Notes: generated by a model not told the origin, from the sequence alone. Positions 23,387-34,986 are shown, counted from the first letter of the whole stretch. The stretch: DNA of 63,285 bases, filler included, from Olpidium bornovanus S191 (GCA_017911155.1; 27 parts of 27 records of this genome joined end to end with filler, not necessarily neighbours in it), one strand, 5' to 3'. Translations and numbers: made by a program.

Positions 23387-23547
23387 ACCGAACCGGCGCA
23401 AAAAGCAAAAAAATGCTCTAAAAAACGACAACCGGCTGCGGCCGGTTTCTCTTCCCCCTCCTTCCCCATCCCACCTCGCTCCCGCCTCGCTCTCCGGCGT
23501 GTGGGGGTGGTTGGGGGCTTCGGCGGCGGGGGCGGCGGCGCCCACAG

Positions 23548-23845
23548 CTGCGAATTCGACTGCGAAATGCCCGGGATCCTCAAATTTGTCGGTCTCCGCG
23601 CCACGTTCGTGGCCTCGCAAATCGGCTTCACCTACGAAGACACCTACTTCGCACCGGCCGCGTCCAGCCTGTACGGCGGCAAAGCGGCGTCGGCGGCGGG
23701 CACCGCCGCCTCGGCCGCGCAAGCGGCCGTCGAGCACTCGAAGGTGGTCGCGAAGTCAGGCCACGGGCGGACGACGACGGCCGTCTCCAGTTGGGTCTCG
23801 GTCGTTGCGGTTGCGCTCGGCGCCGTCGTCTTTATGCTCTCGTAG
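23548..23845 (+). CDS. Last exon of a probable GPI-anchored or C-terminally anchored surface protein
   Basis: CCACAG acceptor, an Ala/Ser/Thr-rich stretch, then the terminal hydrophobic tail SWVSVVAVALGAVVFMLS*. Confidence 0.4.
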
Positions 23846-24165
23846 GCCGGGGTTTTCGCTCGCTCCTCCTCCTCCGCGCGGCGACTGCGGCCTTAAAACA
23901 GGACGAAGGCGCGTCGCGCGGGGAGGGGTGGTTTGAGTTGGTGGTTTTTTTTGGTTTTTTTTTTTTTTTTTTTCCGCGTAGCCTTTGCCCCTCCCCGTGA
24001 TTGCCATTATTAAAGCCTGAGAAATGGAACGTGATGCGCCGCGTGCGGACGATCGCGGCGGGGGCTGGGGCGGGGGCGGGGCGGGGGCGGGGCGGGGGGA
24101 CGAGAAGAGGGGAGCGAGTTTGGCGGGCGTGAGGCGAGGACGAAGGGCCCCGGACGACGGCCGTC

Positions 24166-24196
<31 letters not shown>

Positions 24197-24511
24197 GTGA
24201 GAGTCGCACTCTCCGAGTACTTCGCACGGCGAAAAAACCGACGCGCGCAGCCGAAACCAGGCCGGGCCCGCGCATAAATCAACCCTCGCCGTTTTCCCTT
24301 CCCCGCGACGCATCGGCAAACGAACAGGTAAGGAAGGAGACGCGAAAGGTCCCGCGAACGCGTCGCGCCGGCCAGTCGCCAAACGGGTGTGCTCAACAAC
24401 AATAACAACAAAAAAAAAAAAAAAAAAAAAGGAAAACCAGCGCCCGGAGGGCACAACCCTCCCGAGCCACGGCTCCCAGGCGACATGTCGGTTTCACCGT
24501 CGTCTTCGTCG

Positions 24512-24947
24512 TCAAAGCAAGTGCGGGCCGCCACGCCGGAACATGTCTGATTTCTTGGTTTTTTTTTTTGTTCTTTGCCTTTTTCCTTCTTTTGCTTCGG
24601 CAACTCGCGGGCATTCCTTCTTGTAATTGTTGTCGGATAGGACCATCCCGGGACGCTTCGGGAGTTTCGGGGCGACCCACGCGTAGAAATCGTCGACCAT
24701 CTTTTTTTGCTTCCGAAGCAAACTCACTTTCATCTCTTTAATCCGATCAATCAATATCGCCACCTTCGAGGGAACCGAACAAAGCTCGCTGGGCCAGTAG
24801 GAAGACTTGCCTGCCGAATGCTCTTTCGTCTTCGGCGCACCAGCAACTATCTTACATATTGGCCCCCTTCTTCGCGAATCGAGCACCGCACACGACAGCT
24901 TGTAGCGAGCCTGTTCAAGCTCCATACCAACCTTCATTTCAGCATGT
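24512..24947 (-). CDS. Hypothetical protein fragment
   Basis: Open frame from the contig edge with globular-looking sequence (WPSELCSVPSKVAILIDRIKEMK...DDFYAWV); no family recognised. Confidence 0.25.
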
Positions 24948-25638
24948 NNNNNNNNNNNNNNNNNNNNNNNNNNNNNNNNNNNNNNNNNNNNTTAATTAAT
25001 TAANNNNNNNNNNNNNNNNNNNNNNNNNNNNNNNNNNNNNNNNNNNNGGCACCCACCCACCCCCCTGCCCCTTTCCGCCTCCCCTGTCCCCCATTTTCGG
25101 CTTCCGGCCCCAGCCGCGCCCCACCCCGCCCCGCCCCCACAACGCTGAAATATTATTATATTAGAACGTTGCAGGTAGGAAAGGGGGAACGAGGGGCTTC
25201 CCCCCCCCCTGCTAGCCCCATCGCTGCGCGGCTGGCGGCCACCCGCCGCCGCCGCCGCCGCCGCCGCCGCGCATATCGCCCGAGCTGCCGCGGACCGTCC
25301 CCATCCCATCCTGCGCCGCATTCCTGCCCGCCGCTCCTTCAGGCCGGCCGACGCGCGGGCGCGCCTGCTCCGCGGCGAAGGGAGGGAGGGAGGAGGACGT
25401 TGCCGGGTGCCCGCGGCGCGTCCGGCGCATGCTGCCGCGAGCCGGCGCTGGGGGCTGTCACCGTGGCAATGGTGCCGGGGCCGCGGAGAGGAGCGCGGAG
25501 GACAGCGGCCTTGCTCATGTCACCTTCGGCGGACCTGGGGCCGCCGGCAAACCGGACGTAAAATGGAGGAGCCTTTTGCTTAGTTCGCTTCCTGACCTGC
25601 GATAGCCCTTGCTTCGGCCGGTTCAGAAGGCGTGCGCC

Positions 25639-26475
25639 ATGCGGGATACTTTCAAGGACGAGAGCGTGGCCATCCCGGCCGACGTCACTGTCGACGTCAA
25701 AGCCCGGCGGATTCGCGTCAAAGGCCCCCGCGGCACCCTCACCAAGGACTTGCACCACCTTGACATGGAGATCGTCAAGAAAGGCAAGACCGTCCAATTC
25801 CAGGTCTGGCACGGCAAACGCAAGCACGTCGCCTGCCTTCGCACCGCCCGTTCTCTTATCCAGAACCTGATTACCGGGGTCACAAAGGTCCGTTAATGCT
25901 CGGGCTTCTTCCCGCACCGTGGAACCAAAGTGCGCGAGAGAGCCTTTTGAGAGACGGTGGATGCCTGAAAGTTTTTTTGCCGGGACCGGAGGGCGTAACC
26001 ATCGGTTTTTGGTTCATCCCGCTTGCTTCCCCACGGGCAGGGCTTTGAATTCCGCATGCGCTACGTGTACGCCCACTTCCCCATCAACGTCGTTGTAAAC
26101 AACGACCACGTCGAGATCCGCAATTTCCTCGGCGAAAAGATCGTCCGGCGCATTCCCCTCCGCGAGGGGGTCACCTGCGAGATATCCAACGACGTGAAGG
26201 ATGAGCTCATCCTCCGCGGGAACTCCCTGGAAAACGTATCGCAAACCGGTAGGCAGCCTCCGTTCTGGCCCACCCCGCTCCACCCCCCCCTTCCCGTTTT
26301 GCCCCTTTTTGGTTGGTCACGTCCGCGCAAAAAAAAATCAGGTTTTCTGACCCTCTTGTTCTCTCTTTCGTGCTCAGCTGCGGACATCCAGCAGTCGACT
26401 GCGGTGAAGAGGAAGGATATTCGGAAATTCTTGGACGGCGTTTACGTGTCGAAGAAGGGCACACTTGGGGAATAG
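25639..26475 (+). CDS. RPL9: 60S ribosomal protein L9 (uL6), complete, 3 exons
   Basis: Exons 25639-25887, 26041-26248 and 26378-26475: [47 protein letters not shown]. Confidence 0.98.
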
Positions 26476-27610
26476 ACCGTTCCTCCCTCTATTTGCACCA
26501 CCTGTGCCCCAGCAGCCATCGCGAACAGAGTCACGAGCACATCGCTTCCCCTTGCGGAACCGCGGGACGTTTGATGCCCGCGGCGTCTGCTTATCCGGGC
26601 CGCCTTTTTGCGCGAACGACTCCCGCGCTTGCTTGAAAAATGCGGCCGTTTTTTTTTTGTCCACGTTTTTGCAGAGCGGGCGGCCTCACAGCCCCATGTC
26701 GCGCAGTGGTAGCTGCCCGAGTTTTCAAAATGTTGTGGGCAGTCCGCTTGCGCCTTATTTATCTCAACTTGCGCAAGCCAGGAGGCTTCCAGGTTTCAGT
26801 CCGCGGCGTTACAGTTCCACCTTCCCGTACGAGCGGACGAAGCCTCGGCCTCGTTTCGCTCGGCACGGGCGGTCTGCTCGGGCGGGGCGGTCTGCCGACA
26901 CCCGGGCGTCGAGCTCCGAAGAGTCCCTCCGCGCAGCGGAACAGCCCGTGCGCGTGGGCCTGCCACCTTTGACATGGTTGAACCGGCCCTCGCGCCAGCC
27001 GTCGGTCGCCGGGGCCCGGAGAGCATTCCGCGACGCTTTGGTTGGATGCGGCGGTTGGACCGACGTCTCCCTGTGATCGCGCAGCTTTCCCACGACTTGT
27101 CTGGTTATTATTCAGCACACGAGAGGAATGCCCGTCTGGGACGGGTGTGTGTGTGTGGTGGGGGGGGGGGGGGGGGGGGGGTGGTGGTGGGGTGGGGGGG
27201 GGGGGGGGGGGGTGGGTGGGGGTGGGGGGGGGGGGGGGGTGTGTGGTGGGGGGGGGGGGGGGGGGAAGGGGAGATAAATGATTCTCTGTTTTTGTTTTGT
27301 TTTGTTTTTTGTTTTGTTTTTCAAATCTTCTTCTTCTTCTTCTTTTTCTTCTTCTTTGTTCGCCCGGGTGGCGTGCGAAGGGGGCGGGGGGGGGGGGGGA
27401 AGAAACCCCCCCCCCCCCCCCCCCCCCCCCGGGGGAAAAAAAAAAAAAAAAAAAAAAAATTAAAGGGAGTGCCCCCCCCCCACCCTCCCCTTACTTTAAC
27501 CGTTGGATAAAAAGAAAGAAAGAGAAAGGGGGTGGTGGTGGTGGTGGAAGGGAGGGGGGCGGCAATGCGGGAGGGGGGCGGGCGGGCGGGCGGGCGGGCG
27601 GCGGCCCAGC

Positions 27611-27626
27611 GAGAGAGAGAGAGAGC

Positions 27627-27682
<56 letters not shown>

Positions 27683-27699
27683 AGAGAGAGAGATGAGAG

Positions 27700-27742
<43 letters not shown>
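27611..27742. repeat. (GA)n microsatellite
   Basis: About 130 nt of interrupted GA repeats near the contig end. Confidence 0.95.
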
Positions 27743-27747
<5 letters not shown>

Positions 27748-27855
27748 CCCCCCCCNNNNNNNNNNNNNNNNNNNNNNNNNNNNNNNNNNNNNNNNNNNNT
27801 TAATTAATTAANNNNNNNNNNNNNNNNNNNNNNNNNNNNNNNNNNNNNNNNNNNN

Positions 27856-29260
27856 AAAGCCCTTGACGAGCTATTTCGCCCCGTCATATTCGTTTGACGT
27901 TTCGGTTGCCGCTGAAAGGAGAAATCGCTGGAACGGTCAATTTGGAGACTGTCCTGAGAGCGGCACCTGGCAATTTTAAGGGCCTCGGTCGCAGGCGAAT
28001 TCCCGACGGATCGGCGTGTAGCTTGGCACGCGGAGAGACGACGTCTCAGAGTAACCGCTACAAGTTACAGAATAGGAATCGGCGGTCATACGAACGAGAA
28101 CGAGCGGTTTTCGCACGAAAACTCGCTTTGCAAGCACAAGGTTGAACTTGAACGTTTGCGCACGTTGACAGACGAATACTGAGCCAAATATCGTCATACT
28201 TTGAAACAACGTAGCCTAGGACTCGGCGCATACGCTCGTGCAAACCGCTTGGCGATAACGTCCGTATTCACCGAGCACGACGCATTTCCGCTCAAGCAAT
28301 TGGCAACTTTTGGGAATCAACAAAGCGACGCTTTACGTGATTACTCGGTCAAGACTACTTCAATCGTCCAGCGCAAGCAGGAAGTTATTCGTCTTCGTGA
28401 CGCGCATCATTATACCAAACGGCATTTAAATCTGTTGCGAACTCATTGAGAACCAAGCCGTTGAAGTTTGAGAAATTGCAGCCTCTTCTTCGCTTTTCGA
28501 GAAACGCATTTACATAGTTTCTTGGGTCATTTTGCGCTGTCCAATAAAAGTTGCAAAACTTAAGACAGTTGGATTGGAAGTTTCCAGGTTGCTTGCAGAA
28601 AAAACAGGCGCCATTTTCGCGCAACTTCTTGCTCTCTTCAGCGGTCTTTTCCTTTGCAGAGTCCTTTGCCTTCCTTTCATCCGGCGTTTTTCTGTCCCTC
28701 AGCTTAGCAACTCAACCGACTTGCTCAGATCTCCTTGGCGTTCTCCGATCCTCGGCGGCACGCGCACGTTCTTGGAACATGATCTCGTCAAGTTCCTCAG
28801 CGGCGTGCACAGCTTGTTCGAAGGCCTTGACCTTGATGACTGCCAAGTGAATCCTTAAATCGGTTTTGAGTCCATGCAGGTAAATTGGCAGCTGGTCAGT
28901 CTCCGTCAAGTCGGAGATGCAGGCTCAGAGTCGTTTGAATTCCTCTGTGTATTTTTTTGCCGATCCCGATTGACGGAGTTGGTGCAGCTTCACCTGTGCG
29001 TTCATCTCGGCCTGAGGATCTTCGCCGTCCATTTCAGCGTGCTGTCGAAAATCCTCATGGTTTCGTCTATCGTGGAGTCAAATATCATTTGGCGGGCGCT
29101 TCAACTTGGATTGCCGAAAAAAAAACGTTTGAATCTGAACAATCTGAGCAATGAGCTAAAAATGCTCAGTGATGCGGAGAGAGCGTTCAACTACGACGAC
29201 TCCTTTGAAAACAACGCGTGGAAGAACATCCTATTCGGCCCACCCCTGAAGCGTCGAAAA
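27856..29260 (-). mobile_element. Decayed Ty3/gypsy retrotransposon (gag, zinc knuckle, protease region)
   Basis: AQVKLHQLRQSGSAKKYTEEFKRL*ACISDLTETDQLPIYLHGLKTDLR...FEQAVHAAE, followed by CFFCKQPGNFQSNC (CCHC knuckle with His to Asn). Several stops and frameshifts. Confidence 0.85.
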
Positions 29261-29287
29261 ATCGGCAACCCCTCCACTCCGCCCCCG

Positions 29288-29402
29288 CCCATAGACGCTT
29301 TGCTCTCCTCCCACCCATAGACGCGCCGCTCTCCTTCCACCCATAGACGCTCTACTCTCCTTCCACCCATTGACGTTCCACTTTTCTTCCACGCATAGAC
29401 GT
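29288..29402. repeat. 26-bp tandem repeat, about 4.5 copies, upstream of the gypsy gag
   Basis: Units at 29288, 29314, 29340, 29366 and 29392: CCCATAGACG + 5 variable nt + CTCTCCTTCCA. Confidence 0.9.
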
Positions 29403-29990
29403 GGGTCCGTAATCCGAAGGTTTTTTCTAACCGTCCTTTTTTCGGCGGTTCCGACCCGGAGTTACTCAGGTCCTCCTCGGACCGGACATCGTCTCTTTTT
29501 TTGGGGGGGGGGGGAAGGAGGAGGGGGCCGGAGGTGGGGGGGGGGGGGGCCAAATGGAGAAGGGAACAGAAAAGCAGTCAACGGGCGCCGGTTAAGCGCC
29601 TTTTGCCATTCTGCGGTTTACGTCAAACTGAGCTTCACCATCGTGCACACACGCCGGGTCCCGGCGGTGCATCCGGAACGTGACCGTTTCAGAAAGGTGT
29701 TTTTAGTTTGTTTTTTTTTTTTTTTTGCTACCCCCCCTTCACTCTCGCACGTAGGTTCCCAACGCGCTTCCTCATCAAATACTTCGCCATCGACTGTCCT
29801 CCGGGTTCGCTAATTTGGGCACGGCCGGCCCATTTTCTCTTAATATGTTTTTTTTAATCATGTTACTATGTACACCGACGAAAATCGTTTTCGTCGCGGG
29901 GCTTGCTATGCGTTTTTCTTCTTTTTTTTTTCTTGTGGACAGCGCGGGTTAGACGCGCCGAGCGGGCGGGAGGGAGGGACGCGAGCGCGG

Positions 29991-30694
29991 TCACGAGACG
30001 GCCCGAAACAGGTCGGCGAGGTTCCGCAGGCGCTCGTCCACGGATGTGTCCTCCGCGGCCGCGAGCGCGGCCGCGCCGCGGTCGAGGATGTCGTCGTCTA
30101 TGAAATCGTCGTCGCGGAACGACAGCCGGCGGCGCACCGCGACGGCGGCCGCGGCGGCCGCGGCGCCGCCGTCCGATGGCGCCGCGGCCCCGGGGGCAGA
30201 TGAGGCGGCGGCCTCGGCCGCCAGCTGGCCCACGAATTCCTCCAGTTCCGGATCGCCCAGCAAGCCCCGGCAGTGGCGCCGGGAGTGGCCGAGCCCGCCG
30301 CAGGAAGAACAGGGTTTGAGCTTCCGGACCGCGCGCTGGAGGTGCTCGGGCCCGATCGGCCGGGGATCGCGGGGGCGGCCTGCCGGAGGGCGCACGGCAG
30401 GGACGCCGCCGTCGTCGCCGTTGCTCGCCGCCTCGTTCTGCGCAGGTGTCGGAGAGACCCGGCCGCCGCTTCCGCCGCCGCCGCCCGCCGCGTCGTTCCG
30501 CGCCGGTTTCGGAGATACCCGGCCGCTGCCGCCACCGCGGCCGCTCGCCGCGTCGTTTTGCGCCGGTGTCGGAGAGACCCGGCCGCCGCCGCCGCCGACG
30601 CTCTCCGCCTCGCTCCGCGCCGGTGTCGGCGAGACCCGGCCGCCGCCGCCGCCGACGCTCTCCGCCTCGCTCCGCGCCGGTGTCGGCGAGACCC
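29991..30694 (-). CDS. ORF with 57-60-bp coding repeats and one CCHC zinc knuckle (5' truncated)
   Basis: Open from the contig edge to the stop at 29991: five RVSP(T/K)PA...GGG repeats, then CSSCGGLGHSRRHC (CX2CX4HX4C). Confidence 0.55.
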
Positions 30695-31273
30695 NNNNNN
30701 NNNNNNNNNNNNNNNNNNNNNNNNNNNNNNNNNNNNNNTTAATTAATTAANNNNNNNNNNNNNNNNNNNNNNNNNNNNNNNNNNNNNNNNNNNNAAATCC
30801 CGCGTGACGGCGGGTGTGCATGGAGGTCTGGCGCCTGCGCCGCCCGCCCCCCCACCCTCCACACCCGCCCCCCGTGTCAAAAACAAATAGGCGGGGGGGG
30901 GGGGGGGGGGGGGGGCGGTGGGGGGAAAGGAGTGGTTTCAATTTTTTTTTGGTTTTCAGGAGTTTCGGCTGTATCAGTAAATGTTTTTTTTTTTTTCCCT
31001 TTGTACCAGTACGGACACCACAACCCCTCCCCTCCCCCCGCCCCCGCCTCTTCAACCCTTGTACGCTTTTGTATGAATCAACGTTTTCCGCCCGTTTTCC
31101 TTTATTCTTTTTTTCTTGTCCGCACTTTTTCGGACCTCCCCGCGCGGAGGGAGGGGGGTGTCGGTGGGTCGTTACGTCAAAAAAAAAAACCAAAAAAAGA
31201 AAAAATATTACAAATTCTTCTTTTCTCCGACGGAAGATATGCCTCCGGGAATAGCTAAACAGAAAAAAGAACA

Positions 31274-31356
31274 TGAGGAGAAAGGGATTCGAACCCTTGC
31301 CTCCGAAGAGATCAGAGCCTTAATCTGACGCCTTAGACCAACTCGGCCATCTCCCC
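31274..31356 (-). tRNA. tRNA-Leu(AAG)
   Basis: Acceptor stem GGGGAGA/TCTCCTC; D arm with TGGCCGAGTTGG A-box; anticodon arm TCAGA-TTAAGGC-TCTGA; long variable arm; T arm AAGGG-TTCGAAT-CCCTT; downstream T6 Pol III terminator. Confidence 0.96.
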
Positions 31357-31687
31357 GCCGCGCTTTTAGATGCCAAAGTGCGGAAGAAGTAGCAAAAATC
31401 ACCGGCGAAGTGGTGCCTGGCGCGAAAGGGTGGGTAATAAGGGCCGCTTTCCCGTTTCTCTCCGCGGAACGGCTGGGAACGCCGCTGGAACGCCGCGCCT
31501 GAAATTTCCACCACGGACAACACCCTCGAAAGAGACATCCGAAGAGGAGAGGGAACCTGCCGAATGGCGGGATAAGCGCCGCCGAACGTCTCTATTAGAG
31601 AGAACGGCGCCGCTGGGGGGCAATCCCGACGTAAAAAACGTGACAGGCGGCGCAACGGCACTGAGCAGCATTACCAGCAAGTTGGAA

Positions 31688-32010
31688 ATGGGCAGCGAGG
31701 CGCGCCGGCTTCGACAGCGGGAAAAGGATGCCTTAGACTTGGCTGTCAACCGCCTCACGGGACAATCTGCCGCCGTTTGGCAGAGCCACTCACTGGCAAC
31801 CCGCAAGGCGGTCGTTCGCGTTGGAGGCGTTGGGAGGACCTAAACAAGGCCCTCATCGTTGCGTGCCATCCAAGAGAACACCTCCATTTGATAACGGCGA
31901 AACTCACGGAGATAGCCCAGCTAAGCTGCGGTAACGAACGTCGAGAAGTTCATCGAGATGTTCAATGTGCTGGATTGGCATTAACGGACCTAGAAGAGAC
32001 AACGACATGA
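31688..32010 (+). mobile_element. Decayed Ty3/gypsy-type gag fragment upstream of the tRNA
   Basis: LDLAVNRLTGQSAAVWQ, then after a frameshift RWRRWEDLNKALIVACHPREHLHLITAKLTEIAQ, which fits the retrotransposon gag pattern (L.G.A..W / W..L...L / KL..L.Q). Confidence 0.55.
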
Positions 32011-32099
32011 CGTCCTGAATACAGTCTTGATATTCTTCCTCACGTGCTCGCCCTGCAAATTCTTCCGACATTCTCCCGAAAACTCGAACACCCCCTGTT

Positions 32100-32200
<101 letters not shown>

Positions 32201-32311
32201 CCCCCCCCCCCNNNNNNNNNNNNNNNNNNNNNNNNNNNNNNNNNNNNNNNNNNNNTTAATTAATTAANNNNNNNNNNNNNNNNNNNNNNNNNNNNNNNNN
32301 NNNNNNNNNNN

Positions 32312-33022
32312 CATGCAAAGCCTGAATGGACTAAAAACGATGTCCTGGAATTCATCGGCGTTCCCCCCACCGAGTTCTCCAAGTCCGTTTTGCTGGTGAA
32401 CTTTGGCGGCCAGCTCCTCGCACGGCACCATACGCTGCCTTCGCTGCCTGACGGGTGGATAGCGCTTGTGTGCGGCGGTATCGCTCCGCCGACGCCTGCA
32501 GATGCGTCGGAAATGGAGGGATGTTCGCGGTTCTACCCGCTGCCGCGGACGGCGTACATACCTGACATGATCGGCGCTGCGGACATGGTTTTGGGGAAGC
32601 TTGGCTACGGGACGGTCTCGGAGGCCCTGATGCATCGCAAGCCGTTCCTGTACGTGCCCCGGCGCCAATTTATTGAGGAGAGGGGCCTCGTGCGCCTGCT
32701 CGAGTCCAGAGAGTTCGTCGCCGCGGATAGACGCGACGCGGAGCCGCAGACGTTTTCTCGGGCGGCTTCCTCTGGCACTGCCGAGTGCCGGCCGTTGCGA
32801 ATGTGCGCCACCATGTCCAGCAACGACTTCGAGGAAGGCCGCTGGGAAGCGCACATCCGCACCCTGCACGCCTTCAGCGTGGAGTACTTTGCTGAGCTGG
32901 ACGAGGCCGTTCGCCGCGGCATCGTAGAAGATTACCGCTCGCTGTTTGAGAACGGCAACGCCGAAGTTACCATCGCGAAAATGTTTGTTGACCTTGCGTC
33001 CTCGTCCTCCCCGCGCCGGTGA
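32312..33022 (+). CDS. Glycosyltransferase-like protein homologous to the N-terminal domain of plant L-arabinokinase (5' partial)
   Basis: VLLVNFGGQ, YIPDMIGAADMVLGKLGYGTVSEAL, PFLYVPRRQFIEERGL and DFEEGRW; stop at 33022. Confidence 0.7.
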   Translation, partial: HAKPEWTKNDVLEFIGVPPTEFSKSVLLVNFGGQLLARHHTLPSLPDGWIALVCGGIAPPTPADASEMEGCSRFYPLPRTAYIPDMIGAADMVLGKLGYGTVSEALMHRKPFLYVPRRQFIEERGLVRLLESREFVAADRRDAEPQTFSRAASSGTAECRPLRMCATMSSNDFEEGRWEAHIRTLHAFSVEYFAELDEAVRRGIVEDYRSLFENGNAEVTIAKMFVDLASSSSPRR

Positions 33023-34132
33023 ACGGGTTCGGCGACGGGGTTTTGCCAGGTCGAGAAGTATTTTGCCCCCCTCATCTATTTGTGCGTTTACAGCATTGTT
33101 TTTTTTCTTCTGGTGCTCATACGTCCCAGTTCATATCCCCAACAAAATATTTCACTTTTCTGAATAAGGCAGGTTGCAATTTTTCCGTGCGAATATATCC
33201 CGCTTACATTTATTTTGACGGCGGTAGGGGTTCGTTGCTTCCAACTGTTGTAGAGAACGTTACATAGACGGAGAGAAGAAATTTCAGCGAGCTTTTTTCC
33301 CGACTTTTAGCAGATTAAACGCTTGACGAGGTCGAAAGGCAATAGGTGGACTTCTAATGTATGTAGCATAAAAGGCAAGAGATGCTGGACCAGGCGGTTT
33401 TGTGCACGCGTTTCTGGCCCGTTGGCGTTCCGGCCGATGTTCTGGCGGCACTCGTGGTTGGATTTCATACCAACGAAAAAGATTACGCGATCGGAGTAAC
33501 GTGACGCGCTTTACGGGTTAGATATGCGCAGTGCGCGGTACAAACGAGAAGCCCGTCTACCCGTTTACCAAATCCAAAAGTACCGCGGCACCAAAGCCGG
33601 CGACTATAGGAGTATCCACCTCTCTCCCCCCTCCCACTCCCCCCCCCTCCCCAACACCCGGCCGCCGCCCCGCGCACTGGTAACTTCTCCACATGGGCCT
33701 CCGGAGTAAGACGTTGACGGCGACCAGACGCTTTTTCTGTCCCGCGAGGCGTCTGGAATATTGCGGGAGAGCTAAAGCCTTTTCATGCTCACGTCTGAAG
33801 GACCTCCGAGGTTTTGTGCACGTGCCGTTACCCGGGGTTACGGAAGAGGGAAGCGTTGTTCCCCAGCCGTCGCCATGGCGACGGGCCCGCCCAATCGGGA
33901 CAACGTGCGCGGAAAGCGAAAAATCTCCCCTCCCCTCCTCCCCTCCGCGCGCNNNNNNNNNNNNNNNNNNNNNNNNNNNNNNNNNNNNNNNNNNNNTTAA
34001 TTAATTAANNNNNNNNNNNNNNNNNNNNNNNNNNNNNNNNNNNNNNNNNNNNAAAAAAAAAAAAAAACCCACCCTTTTTTGGCCCCCCCTCGCCAAATTA
34101 ACGGGCCCCCTTTTTGGGGCCTGGTGGGGGGT

Positions 34133-34168
<36 letters not shown>

Positions 34169-34269
34169 GCTTTTTGGGTCTTCCGCATTTCTGCCCTTAG
34201 AACGAAGCGAAAGGAGGACGCGGGGGACACGCAGACGGGGCGGTCGTTCCCGTTTCACATCTTACAACC

Positions 34270-34986
34270 ATGAGCGCCGTCCCGGGTGGACCTTTGCCCC
34301 CCGCCGCAGGCGATGCCGCTGCGGAGATTGACGCCGCCACCGACGACCGGCCTGACCTGCCTGCCGAGCGCGAGAGGTCCGCGCGCGAACGCGCTTCCCG
34401 CGCCGGCGCCGTCCCGGACTCCGGAAGTCCGGGGCTTGTTTACGCGGATTCGCTCGAGCAGCTGGAAAGGAACGCAGAAAAGCTGGCCGAAAGCGTGGAC
34501 AAAATGCTGGACTCTTTGAGGGAGCGGATGTTCAAGGTCCGGCACAGCTTAACTAGCAACCACTAGCAACCCCTTGCGGCTTGTGCTTTTTCCCCGCGGC
34601 CGCGGGTGGCTCACCAGGGGGCCACCGCGGAACTGTTGCATCGGTGCTTCCCACCACGACTCTACAAGAGCAGTTCAGCCGCGTAACCCTCGAGTCCGTC
34701 GCGGTGTCCCGCCTCTCGGTTGACGAGCTCTGCCGCGCCGTCAACGAGTCCGCCAAAAGGACGTTGGAGCTTGTGACCACGTGCGACGAGCTCAACGAGG
34801 AATTTGTTCCCGTGCGGGACCTGGCCCTGCGAATGTGAGTTTTCGGGAGAGCTCGAGTTGTACGTGCGACGGTCGCGTCTCCTTCCGGGCTCCTGACCGG
34901 CTCTTTCGGCGCCGGGGCTCGCTGGCGCCCCCTGCAGAAAAGCTCTGAAACAGACGCTCGACGTCCTGGAGAGCACCCTGCGGTAA
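34270..34986 (+). CDS. BORC subunit 6 (BORCS6/lyspersin-like) coiled-coil protein, 3 exons
   Basis: Exons 34270-34536, 34674-34834 and 34938-34986: LEQLERNAEKLAESVDKMLDSL...FSRVTLESV...LVTTCDELNEEFVPVRDLALRIKALKQTLDVLES*. Confidence 0.6.

Noticed and set aside
29288-29402. Constant-variable-constant repeat as a mini CRISPR array
   Set aside because: The variable part is only 5 nt, the context is eukaryotic and retroelement-linked, and there are no cas genes.
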